Assembly (NCBI RefSeq): GCF_000012465.1
Contig: NC_007335.2
Span: 840,001-872,000 of the forward strand
Direction: 5' to 3'
Length of the DNA: 32,000 bases
From: Prochlorococcus marinus str. NATL2A
GTDB taxonomy: Bacteria; Cyanobacteriota; Cyanobacteriia; PCC-6307; Cyanobiaceae
Within the stretch, counting starts at the first letter, position 1. Each line of letters starts with the position of its first letter. The notes under the pieces were generated by a model. That model was not told the origin of the DNA. It worked only from the letters and a program-made list of their open reading frames with translations, and ran no database searches. Below are positions 8,814-17,608 of the stretch, piece by piece. The translations under genes were made by a program, and so were the position numbers.

Positions 8814-9779
8814 TTATTGATATTTTAAGCTTAATCTTTTTACAATCCACTGAGCAAATACATTAACCAATAGGGTTAATATCATTAGGATTAATGCTGC
8901 ATACATTAGTGAAGAGACTTGGCTTCCATCTGCTTCACCAAATTGATTGGCAAGCATGGAGGAAATTGTATATGAAGGAGCAAATATTGACCAACTAAAG
9001 TTATTTGAATTGCCAATAATCATTGTGACTGCCATTGTCTCACCCATTGCTCTTCCAAGAGCAAGTAAAACTCCTCCTGTTATCCCAGAAATTGCGGCTG
9101 GAATAATAACTTTAAAAATAGTAGTCCATCTTGACGCTCCAATTCCATAGGCTGCTTGCCTAAGTTTTGATGGAACTTGATTTAGAGAATCTTTTGAAAT
9201 CGATGTAATTATAGGTAATATCATTACCACAAGTATTAATATTGCTGGCATCATTCCAGCACCCAAAGGTTGGGTTCCAAAAAATGGTATAAATCCAAAT
9301 AGTTCGTAGATTATGTTCAAAAATGGTCTAATAAAAGGTTCCATAATAAATACTGCCCATAGTCCTAAAACTACTGATGGAATAGCAGCTAAAAGCTCAA
9401 CCATTATTCCTATTACATTTCTTATATATTTTGGAATTATATTTTCAGTTATAAATATTGCAGTTCCGACTCCTAATGGAATGGCAATTAATAACGAAGC
9501 AATCGATGTAAAAAGGGTTCCATAAATAGCTGTGAATGCACCGTACTCATCTGTAACTGGATTCCATGCAGAGCTAAAAAGAAACCTCAGTCCATATCTT
9601 GAAATTGATTCAGTAGATTCATAGTAAACGACTGCAAATATGGAAAAAAGAACTATGGCTACCATTGAAGCCATGGCGACAACAATATTTTTAAAACTAG
9701 CATCTACCAACTTCTCTGAAGTAGGTCTTGTTCTCAGTGAAAATTTCGATTTAATTGCTTTGTCCACGCCTAAAAGCAA
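8814..9779 (-). CDS. pstC: Phosphate ABC transporter permease PstC
   Basis: 321 aa polytopic permease (ALGRAMGETMAV loop). The start is uncertain. The only candidates upstream of TM1 are TTG at 9779 and GTG at 9767. The first ATG lies inside TM1. Confidence 0.88.
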   Translation of the reverse strand: MLLGVDKAIKSKFSLRTRPTSEKLVDASFKNIVVAMASMVAIVLFSIFAVVYYESTESISRYGLRFLFSSAWNPVTDEYGAFTAIYGTLFTSIASLLIAIPLGVGTAIFITENIIPKYIRNVIGIMVELLAAIPSVVLGLWAVFIMEPFIRPFLNIIYELFGFIPFFGTQPLGAGMMPAILILVVMILPIITSISKDSLNQVPSKLRQAAYGIGASRWTTIFKVIIPAAISGITGGVLLALGRAMGETMAVTMIIGNSNNFSWSIFAPSYTISSMLANQFGEADGSQVSSLMYAALILMILTLLVNVFAQWIVKRLSLKYQ

Positions 9780-9918
9780 TTTACATTATGAATCTAAATC
9801 TAATTTCAAATTTTTCACTAAGAGAGGGTTAATGATTGGCTTTAAGTGTTGAAGGGTACATAATAAGTATTGAATACCCTTAAATGCTAGTTACTGTGGG
9901 GCTTAAATAAGTATTGCC

Positions 9919-11919
9919 ATGGGGAGAATAGTTGGCATTGACTTGGGAACGACTAATTCCGTTGTAGCGGTGTTGGAGGCTGGTAGGCCTGTTGTTATTG
10001 CTAGTGCTGAAGGTGCTAGAACTACGCCATCAGTTGTTGGCTTTACTAAGGAATCTGAATTGTTAGTCGGTCAACTTGCGAGACGCCAATTAGTTCTTAA
10101 TCCTAAAAACACTTTCTCAAATTTAAAAAGATTTGTTGGCAGAGCATGGGATGAGCTTGAAGAAACAAGCCTTTCAGTTCCTTATAGCGTCCGCTCAAAT
10201 GATCAGGGAAATGTTCGCATCACCTCTCCCATAACAAAACGGGAATATGCGCCTGAGGAACTTATTGGCAATATCATTAGAAAGTTAATAGATGACGCTG
10301 AAACATATTTAGGAGAAAACGTTGATGCAGCTGTAATCACTGTTCCCGCTTATTTCAACGATTCACAAAGACAAGCTACCCGTGATGCTGCGATTTTGGC
10401 GGGCATATCTGTTGAAAGGATTCTAAATGAACCAACCTCCGCCGCTCTTGCTTATGGATTTGATAAAAGCTCATCTAGAAAAGTTTTGGTTTTTGATTTA
10501 GGTGGGGGAACATTTGATGTTTCTTTAATGTCTATTTCCAATGGTGTTTTTGATGTAAAGGCAACTTCAGGTGATACACAATTGGGAGGTAATGATTTTG
10601 ATCAAAGAATTGTTGATTGGCTTGCTGAAGATTTTTTAGCAAAAAATAAACTTGACCTAAGAAGAGATAGGCAATCATTACAAAGACTTACTGAAGCAGC
10701 TGAGAAAGCTAAACAAGAACTTTCTGGTGTTCAAGCCACACCAATCTCACTCCCTTTTATTTCTACAGGAAAAGATGGACCATTACATATAGAAACTACC
10801 CTAAGTAGAAAAAAGTACGAGAGTCTTTGCAATGACCTTTTAGACAGATTATTTGATCCTGTTAATACTGTTATTGATGATTCAGGGTGGAATCCTGAGG
10901 ATATTGATGAAGTTGTTCTTGTAGGTGGAAGTACACGTATGCCAATGGTAAAGCAATTAGTTAAAACATTAGTTCCAAATCCACCTTGTCAATCTGTTAA
11001 CCCTGATGAAGTTGTTGCTATTGGTGCGGCAATTCAAGGTGGGATTCTTTCAGGCGAGTTGAGAGACCTTTTATTGAATGATGTCACACCTCTCTCTTTA
11101 GGACTAGAAACTGTAGGTGGATTAATGAAGGTTCTAATTCCACGTAATACGTCCATACCAGTTAGACAATCCGATGTGTTTAGCACATCTGCTTCCAACC
11201 AATCATCAGTTGAAATTCATATATGGCAAGGAGAGAGGCAAATGGCCTCAGACAACAAATCACTGGGAAAATTCAGATTATCTGGTATTCCTCCAGCTCC
11301 TCGAGGTGTTCCTCAAGTTCAGGTGGCTTTTGATATTGATGCCAATGGTTTATTAGAAGTAAGTGCTACTGACCGAACTACTGGGAGGAAACAGTCTGTA
11401 AGTGTTACTGGCGGTTCAAATTTGAATCAAAATGAAGTTAATAAGTTGATTGAGGAGTCCAAAGTAAAAGCATCTGAAGATAGAAAAAAGCGAGCTTCTA
11501 TTGATCAGAAAAATAATGCATTAACACTTGTTGCTCAAGCTGAGAGACGGCTAAGAGACGCTTCACTTGAGTTGGGGCCCTATGGCGCTGAGAGACAACA
11601 AAGATCTGTAGAGGTTGCGATGAGAGACGTTGAAGATTTGCTTCAAGACAATGATTTGCAGGAACTCGAATATGCAGTCGGTTCTCTACAAGAAGCATTG
11701 TTTGGTTTGAATCGTCGCTTATCAGCAGAAAGAAAAACAGATTCTAATCCCATACAAGGTATTAAAAATACTTTTGGGTCATTAAAGGACGAGTTGTTTT
11801 CAGACGACTACTGGGATGATGATCCTTGGGATTATTCTCAAGGACGTCAAAATAGAAATGGTGATAATAATTATGGGAGAAGGGATGTAGATCCTTGGGA
11901 TAATGACTACTACCGTTGA
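9919..11919 (+). CDS. dnaK: Hsp70 chaperone, DnaK3-type paralogue with a divergent acidic/aromatic C-terminal tail
   Basis: 666 aa with [19 protein letters not shown] and [10 protein letters not shown] motifs plus the substrate-binding domain. It is followed by an overlapping J-protein gene, as in cyanobacterial dnaK3-dnaJ3 operons. Confidence 0.93.
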   Translation: MGRIVGIDLGTTNSVVAVLEAGRPVVIASAEGARTTPSVVGFTKESELLVGQLARRQLVLNPKNTFSNLKRFVGRAWDELEETSLSVPYSVRSNDQGNVRITSPITKREYAPEELIGNIIRKLIDDAETYLGENVDAAVITVPAYFNDSQRQATRDAAILAGISVERILNEPTSAALAYGFDKSSSRKVLVFDLGGGTFDVSLMSISNGVFDVKATSGDTQLGGNDFDQRIVDWLAEDFLAKNKLDLRRDRQSLQRLTEAAEKAKQELSGVQATPISLPFISTGKDGPLHIETTLSRKKYESLCNDLLDRLFDPVNTVIDDSGWNPEDIDEVVLVGGSTRMPMVKQLVKTLVPNPPCQSVNPDEVVAIGAAIQGGILSGELRDLLLNDVTPLSLGLETVGGLMKVLIPRNTSIPVRQSDVFSTSASNQSSVEIHIWQGERQMASDNKSLGKFRLSGIPPAPRGVPQVQVAFDIDANGLLEVSATDRTTGRKQSVSVTGGSNLNQNEVNKLIEESKVKASEDRKKRASIDQKNNALTLVAQAERRLRDASLELGPYGAERQQRSVEVAMRDVEDLLQDNDLQELEYAVGSLQEALFGLNRRLSAERKTDSNPIQGIKNTFGSLKDELFSDDYWDDDPWDYSQGRQNRNGDNNYGRRDVDPWDNDYYR

Positions 11920-12820
11920 TCCTAATTATTGGTCTCTATTAGGAGTCTCTCCAGAATGTGATTCTAATGAGCTTAAATTCGCCTTTAGGAAAGAGGCAAG
12001 AAAGTGGCACCCCGATTTAAATAAAAATGATGTCAATGCAGAGGAAAGATTTAAATTAATTAATGAAGCCTATGCGATTCTTAGCGATCCAAAAAAGAGA
12101 AGGGAATGGGAGAAACAAAATCATAACCATAAAGATATCTTTGATAATAGATTCCCAACCTATGAGGAATATATAGATCTTGTATTAGGAATTAAAACAG
12201 ATTTAAAAAGTGAAAGTGATGATCAATATTCAGAACATTCTGAAGAAGAATATGAAAACTTTGAACAAACTAATTTTAACGAATATGTTCCTACAACTAG
12301 TGAACCTGCGCCACCTCCAACTTTAATTTATGAAGATCAAGAATCAATTGTAGAAATCTCACCAGATCAAGCTCTTTATGGATCTTCAGTTGAAATCCAG
12401 TTACAAGACGGCACTCTTGTTGAGGTGTTAACTCCGCCATTTGCAGGTGATGGATGGAGATTACGAATAGAAGGTGCTGCAATAGGTTGTCGAGATCATT
12501 TTGTACAATTAAAAGTACAAACAGAAGATGGTCTAAGAATTGATGGATTAAGAGTTACGTATCGTCTTGAATTGTTTCCACATGATGCTTTATTGGGATG
12601 TGCTGTAGATATTCCAACTTTAAATGGATCTGTGACATTACAAGTTCCTCCTAATTCATCTACAGGGAGATTGTTAAGACTTAGAGGACGTGGATTGGAA
12701 TATGAAGAATATCGTGGTGATCAAATCGTTGAAATAATTATTGTGTTACCAGATAATTTAAGTGATTCTGAACTAGCATTATATCAGCGACTAAATGAAA
12801 TATCTATGGAGAATTATTAG
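11903..12820 (+). CDS. dnaJ: J-domain co-chaperone (DnaJ3-like): J domain plus DnaJ C-terminal-like domain, with no G/F region or zinc finger
   Basis: 305 aa. J domain YWSLLGVSPECDSNELKFAFRKEARKWHPDLNK with the HPD motif. No CxxCxGxG repeats are present. The ATG overlaps the dnaK 3' end by 17 nt. Confidence 0.85.
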   Translation: MTTTVDPNYWSLLGVSPECDSNELKFAFRKEARKWHPDLNKNDVNAEERFKLINEAYAILSDPKKRREWEKQNHNHKDIFDNRFPTYEEYIDLVLGIKTDLKSESDDQYSEHSEEEYENFEQTNFNEYVPTTSEPAPPPTLIYEDQESIVEISPDQALYGSSVEIQLQDGTLVEVLTPPFAGDGWRLRIEGAAIGCRDHFVQLKVQTEDGLRIDGLRVTYRLELFPHDALLGCAVDIPTLNGSVTLQVPPNSSTGRLLRLRGRGLEYEEYRGDQIVEIIIVLPDNLSDSELALYQRLNEISMENY

Positions 12821-12876
12821 AATTATATTGTTTATTCAATTTATCGATTTATAATCGAATTGGTTATTCATTTATT

Positions 12877-13269
12877 ATGTTAGTTCATGTCCTTTTGTAT
12901 GAAGCGGGGACTGAAAGTGAAGGTATACACTCCCTCGAACTTAAGGGAACGACAGTAATCCTTATGTTCGAGGATAAGGACGATGCTGATCGATATTGTG
13001 GACTTTTAGAAGCACAAGACTTTCCAACACCATCTGTTGAGGAGTTAACGAGGACAGATATTGAAGCATTTTGTATTGAAGCTGGTTATGAACCCCGCTT
13101 TGTCGAAAAAGGTTTTATCCCAAGAACTGACGAAGACCGCCTTATGATTTCACCACCACTTTCAAATTTAGAAGTTGGAAATTGGCAAAATCAAGATAAT
13201 TTAAATGGACAAATATCCTCTAATGATCAACTCCAAGATATAAAAAAGCGTTTAGAAAATCTTTTATGA
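12877..13269 (+). CDS. Conserved hypothetical protein, DUF3110-like (family of cyanobacteria and plastid-bearing lineages)
   Basis: 130 aa acidic soluble protein (HVLLYEAGTESEGIHSLELKGTTVILMFEDKDDADRYCGLLEAQDFP). Its stop overlaps the murQ ATG (ATGA). The family name is recalled from memory. Confidence 0.6.
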   Translation: MLVHVLLYEAGTESEGIHSLELKGTTVILMFEDKDDADRYCGLLEAQDFPTPSVEELTRTDIEAFCIEAGYEPRFVEKGFIPRTDEDRLMISPPLSNLEVGNWQNQDNLNGQISSNDQLQDIKKRLENLL

Positions 13270-14198
13270 GTGATACAAATAATCATTCAAAAAATATTAT
13301 TCATCGAATACTAACAGAGCAGATTAATTTAACTTCGAATGAATTGGATACAAAGTCTACTAAAGAAATAGTTAATATTTTTTCGGAAGCGGATAAAGAA
13401 CCTCAAAAAGCTGTTGAGCGAGTTATCCCAGAATTAATTAATGCTATTGATGAAATCACTTCAAGACTAAAATCCAATGGTAGATTATTTTATATCGGTA
13501 CTGGAACTTCAGGAAGATTAGGTGTACTTGATGCTTCTGAATGTCCCCCAACTTTTTGCACGAATCCAGATTTGGTTCAAGGAATAATTGCTGGAGGTAT
13601 ATCATCGCTTACAACAAGTTCAGAACATCTTGAGGATGTATCTGAGATTGCTATCTCTGATCTTAAAGATAGAAATTTCTCATATAGAGATGTCTTAATA
13701 GGCATAACAGCAAGTGGTAGAACTCCTTATGTTCTTGGGGCATTAAACTATTCCAAAAGTATAAGCGCACTAACTATTTCTATTTCATCAGTTCCCGAAA
13801 GAGATTCAACTTTAGATAATGATATAGATATTAGGCTGATTACTGGACCTGAAATTCTTGCTGGTTCCACAAGATTAAAAGCTGGAACAGCTACAAAGAT
13901 GGCTTTAAATATAATTTCTACATCTGTGATGATTAAATTAGGTAAGGTTTATGGTAATAGAATGATTGATTTATCAGTATCTAACGATAAATTATTAGAT
14001 AGAGCAATCGGTATTTTATTTGATATTGGATCGGTTGATAAAGTTACTGCTGTTCAACTTTTAAAGAAGACAAATGGATCTGTAAAACTATCTTTATTAA
14101 TTGCTTTGTCTGGAATGGATGTTATAGATGCTAAGCAATTACTTAATGATTCAAAGGGTAATTTAAGAACTGCACTAATTAGAGTTAAAGGTAATTGA
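13266..14198 (+). CDS. murQ: N-acetylmuramic acid 6-phosphate etherase
   Basis: 310 aa SIS-domain protein with GRLFYIGTGTSGRLGVLDASECPPTF and AGSTRLKAGTATKM motifs typical of MurQ. Confidence 0.88.
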   Translation: MSDTNNHSKNIIHRILTEQINLTSNELDTKSTKEIVNIFSEADKEPQKAVERVIPELINAIDEITSRLKSNGRLFYIGTGTSGRLGVLDASECPPTFCTNPDLVQGIIAGGISSLTTSSEHLEDVSEIAISDLKDRNFSYRDVLIGITASGRTPYVLGALNYSKSISALTISISSVPERDSTLDNDIDIRLITGPEILAGSTRLKAGTATKMALNIISTSVMIKLGKVYGNRMIDLSVSNDKLLDRAIGILFDIGSVDKVTAVQLLKKTNGSVKLSLLIALSGMDVIDAKQLLNDSKGNLRTALIRVKGN

Positions 14199-14287
14199 AT
14201 TATGTTCAATTAAACTGTAGGTATACATATTATATTTTCTGCAATAAACTTTAAAAGTAGTTATTATGAGAAAAATTTACTTGAGTT

Positions 14288-14725
14288 ATGTCTAAAGTAT
14301 TGATGGAAACAGATAAAGGCCAATTGACTATTGACCTATTTGATAATGATGCACCCAAAACAGTAGAAAACTTTTTGAAGCTTGTTAAAGATGGTTTTTA
14401 CAATGGCCTTTCTTTTCACAGAGTCATTAATGGGTTTATGGCTCAAGGCGGATGTCCTAATACAAGAGAGGGCTCAAGAGGGATTCCTGGGACTGGAGGC
14501 CCTGGATATTCAATCAATTGTGAAATTAATTCAAACAAACATGAAGCTGGTTCTCTTTCTATGGCCCACGCTGGAAAGGATACTGGTGGTAGCCAATTCT
14601 TTTTAGTTCATGCTCCACAACCACATTTGGATGGAGTACATACTGTTTTTGGTAAAACTAATGATATTAAAATTCTTCTATCTATTACTAATGGTACTAA
14701 AATTAATAGTGTAAGTGTTATTTAA
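14288..14725 (+). CDS. Cyclophilin-type peptidyl-prolyl cis-trans isomerase
   Basis: 145 aa with [15 protein letters not shown] and GSQFFL motifs. Confidence 0.9.
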   Translation: MSKVLMETDKGQLTIDLFDNDAPKTVENFLKLVKDGFYNGLSFHRVINGFMAQGGCPNTREGSRGIPGTGGPGYSINCEINSNKHEAGSLSMAHAGKDTGGSQFFLVHAPQPHLDGVHTVFGKTNDIKILLSITNGTKINSVSVI

Positions 14726-14755
14726 TAGACTTAAATTTATTATCTAATCTTTCAA

Positions 14756-16441
14756 TTAACTCCATTCAATAGTACTCGTCTTATCTTTTAAATTCCAGTC
14801 AAATAATGGCGAATTTTCAAAATTTGAAAGTTCGCTTATTTTTTTTGACTCTATAGATATATTTGAAGAAGGATGTAAAAGTCTTTCATAATTCTCAGTT
14901 TTAATGATTCCTATTCTTTCTGTATTTTCCCAATTGCTCAACTCCTTAAGTAGTGACTCAAGCAATCTTTTATCTATCAAGTTACCTTCTAAATGTGTTT
15001 TGATATCTCTATGTCTAACATTCCAAATAAATAATGGGTTTTCACATAGAGCTATCAACCTTGGAGCTGTTTGAATAGAAATATTTAAAAAATGGTTTTC
15101 TGACCACTTACATGCTTTATCTTCAAAATGCTTCAATTCACTGTTGTTAACTTTTCCATCCCAATAGACAACAATATTTTGTCTTTCATTTGTTAAATTC
15201 CTCTGAATATTATTATCAATTAAGTGTCCAAGTTTTTCTCTTTTCACCTCAAGATAAGCCGCATTATGATCTCCGGGACAAATAACTAATGGAACTCTAG
15301 ATTCAACCTGAAGACCATATCCACCAAGACCAGCTATTTTTCTAGGATTATTTGTTAGTAATTTAAGTCTATTTATTCCTAAATCTGTCAATATTTGCGC
15401 CCCTACTCCATAGTTTCTTAAATCTGCAGGAAAACCTAACTTCTCATTGGCTTCAACAGTATCTAATCCTCCATCTTGTAGATTATAGGCTTTTAATTTG
15501 TTAACTAAACCTATACCTCTCCCTTCCTGCCTTAGATAGACAACAACTCCTTCTCCTTCTTCTGAAATTCTTGACAAGGCAGCTTCTAATTGAGGCCGAC
15601 AATCGCACCTTAATGATCCAAATGCATCTCCTGTAAGACACTCTGAGTGCATTCTTACCAATACCGGCTCTTTTAAATTTTCTGGATTTCCTTTTATTAT
15701 CGCGACATGTTCTGATCCATCCAATTCATTCTTGTAACCGATTGCCTTGAAATCTCCAAATAGGCTAGGCAACTTTGCTACTGCTTGTCTGTACACAAAT
15801 CTCTCATTTTCAAGTCTGTAGTGAATTAAATCTGCAATACTGATCAATTTTAAATTTCTTTCTCTCGCATATTTTTTTAACTCTGGTAATCTTGCCATTG
15901 AGCCATCCAGATTTTGAATTTCACAGATAACGCCTGCAGGAGATAAGCCTGCTAACAAAGATAGGTCTACTGCCGCTTCCGTATGTCCAGCCCTTTTTAA
16001 TACTCCTCCAATTTTTGCTCTTAAAGGGAAAATATGACCGGGTCTTCTTAAATCAATTGGTTTTGTTTGACTGTTAAGAGCAACTTGAATTGTTTTAGCT
16101 CTATCTTCAGCTGAAATACCAGTAGATACTCCAAATTCTGGACCTGCATCGATACTTACAGTGAATGCTGTTTGGTTTGAGTCGGTATTTCTGTCAACCA
16201 TTAAAGGAAGATCTAATTCATCTAACCTTTCCCCTTGCATTGCTAGACATATCAAACCTCTAGCTTCTGTTGCCATAAAATTTATTTGCTGGGGAGTCGC
16301 AAATTGAGCAGCACATATTAAATCGCCTTCGTTTTCTCTCTTTTCATCATCAACCACAACAACACATTCACCATTTCTGATAGCAGCTAGTGCATCTGCA
16401 ATATCATCAAATTCAATTTCATAACAATCTTCTGATTTCAA
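14756..16441 (-). CDS. ribBA: Bifunctional 3,4-dihydroxy-2-butanone-4-phosphate synthase / GTP cyclohydrolase II, with a C-terminal extension of about 150 aa
   Basis: 561 aa. DHBPS motif [17 protein letters not shown] zinc site [17 protein letters not shown] and RQEGRGIGL. The only possible start is TTG at 16441, with GAGGA 5 nt upstream. There is no ATG or GTG between the upstream in-frame stop and the conserved N-terminus. Confidence 0.92.
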   Translation of the reverse strand: MKSEDCYEIEFDDIADALAAIRNGECVVVVDDEKRENEGDLICAAQFATPQQINFMATEARGLICLAMQGERLDELDLPLMVDRNTDSNQTAFTVSIDAGPEFGVSTGISAEDRAKTIQVALNSQTKPIDLRRPGHIFPLRAKIGGVLKRAGHTEAAVDLSLLAGLSPAGVICEIQNLDGSMARLPELKKYARERNLKLISIADLIHYRLENERFVYRQAVAKLPSLFGDFKAIGYKNELDGSEHVAIIKGNPENLKEPVLVRMHSECLTGDAFGSLRCDCRPQLEAALSRISEEGEGVVVYLRQEGRGIGLVNKLKAYNLQDGGLDTVEANEKLGFPADLRNYGVGAQILTDLGINRLKLLTNNPRKIAGLGGYGLQVESRVPLVICPGDHNAAYLEVKREKLGHLIDNNIQRNLTNERQNIVVYWDGKVNNSELKHFEDKACKWSENHFLNISIQTAPRLIALCENPLFIWNVRHRDIKTHLEGNLIDKRLLESLLKELSNWENTERIGIIKTENYERLLHPSSNISIESKKISELSNFENSPLFDWNLKDKTSTIEWS

Positions 16442-16528
16442 CTTATTCCTCGTGTTTGTGGTGAAATGGTTCTTTGCTAATTATTCTCAAATGAATATCT
16501 CCTCATTCTACGAAATAACATTGATGTT

Positions 16529-17608
16529 ATGGCAATAAGTACATTGAAAACTGGGAGGATCGCAATTATTGGAGCATCTGGATATGGTGGACTTCAACTA
16601 GTCAAGTTGATCAATGAACATCCTGATTTTGAGATTTCAACTTTAAATGGTGAGCGATCAGTGGGTAAAAACTGGAATGAAATAAATCCGTTTATGAAAA
16701 TTTTGGGAGATAAAAAGATTACTAAAAGCAATATTGACGAAATCGCTCTTGATTCTGATTATGCAATTTTAAGTCTTCCTAATGGTTTATCATCACAGTT
16801 AACACCTTTATTATTAAAAAAAGGTGTTAAGGTCCTCGATTTGTCGGCAGATTATAGATTTAAATCTCTAGATAAATGGAAAGAAGTCTATACAAAAGAG
16901 GCAGCGAAATATAAAAGATATGACTACGATTTATGTGAAGAGGCTATTTATGGTTTTTCAGAAGAATTTAGTAGCGAAATCTCAAAGTCAAGATTAATTG
17001 CCTGTCCAGGTTGCTATCCAACTGCCTCACTTAGTTTACTTATTCCATTTTTAAAACAAGGTTTAATAGAAAGTGAGGGAATTATTATTGATGCAAAATC
17101 TGGTACATCTGGTGGTGGGAGAAATCCAAGTGAGCAACTTTTATTGTCTGAATGCTCTGAATCAATTAGACCCTATGGAGTTATCGGACATAGGCACACG
17201 GCTGAAATAGAAAGTATTGCCAGTCATTTTGCTGGTCACCAAGTCAATTTACAATTCACTCCTCATTTAGTGCCAATGGTTAGAGGGATTTTGTCGACAG
17301 TTTACGCTCGTTTAAGAGATCCCGGATTAACAGCTGAAGACTGCAAAATTGTAATTGAAGCTTTTTATAAAGATCAACCATTTATTGATATCTTGCCTGT
17401 AGGAACATATCCAGCAACTAAATGGGTTAAAAATACTAATAAAGTTATGATTTCTGTTGAAGTTGATAAACGTAACGGAAGAATTGTTCTAATGAGTGTT
17501 ATAGATAATCTTTTAAAAGGTCAAGCGGGACAGGCAATTCAAAATTTAAATATTATGCACGGACTTGAATCAGATATTGGTCTTCCTAAGATTACTTTTT
17601 ATCCTTGA
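16529..17608 (+). CDS. argC: N-acetyl-gamma-glutamyl-phosphate reductase
   Basis: 359 aa with Rossmann fold IIGASGYGG and catalytic-Cys motif CPGCYPTA. Confidence 0.93.
   Translation: MAISTLKTGRIAIIGASGYGGLQLVKLINEHPDFEISTLNGERSVGKNWNEINPFMKILGDKKITKSNIDEIALDSDYAILSLPNGLSSQLTPLLLKKGVKVLDLSADYRFKSLDKWKEVYTKEAAKYKRYDYDLCEEAIYGFSEEFSSEISKSRLIACPGCYPTASLSLLIPFLKQGLIESEGIIIDAKSGTSGGGRNPSEQLLLSECSESIRPYGVIGHRHTAEIESIASHFAGHQVNLQFTPHLVPMVRGILSTVYARLRDPGLTAEDCKIVIEAFYKDQPFIDILPVGTYPATKWVKNTNKVMISVEVDKRNGRIVLMSVIDNLLKGQAGQAIQNLNIMHGLESDIGLPKITFYP

Noticed and set aside
9780-9918. A search for tandem Pho boxes (8-bp PyTTAAPyPy(T/A) units at 11-bp spacing) upstream of pstC
   Set aside because: There is only one good unit (TTAACCCT on the minus strand). 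The nearest other TTAA is 13 nt away rather than 11, and no third unit exists. That is not enough to call a PhoB site in DNA where TTAA is common.
14217-14230. An NtcA-like GTA-N8-TAT motif upstream of the cyclophilin gene
   Set aside because: The 3' half is TAT rather than TAC, and no TAN3T -10 box lies at the canonical spacing of about 22 nt. A chance match is likely in AT-rich sequence.
16442-16528. A possible FMN riboswitch upstream of ribBA
   Set aside because: The whole divergent spacer is only 87 nt and must also hold the argC promoter. It is too short for an FMN aptamer, and no conserved FMN-element segments are visible.
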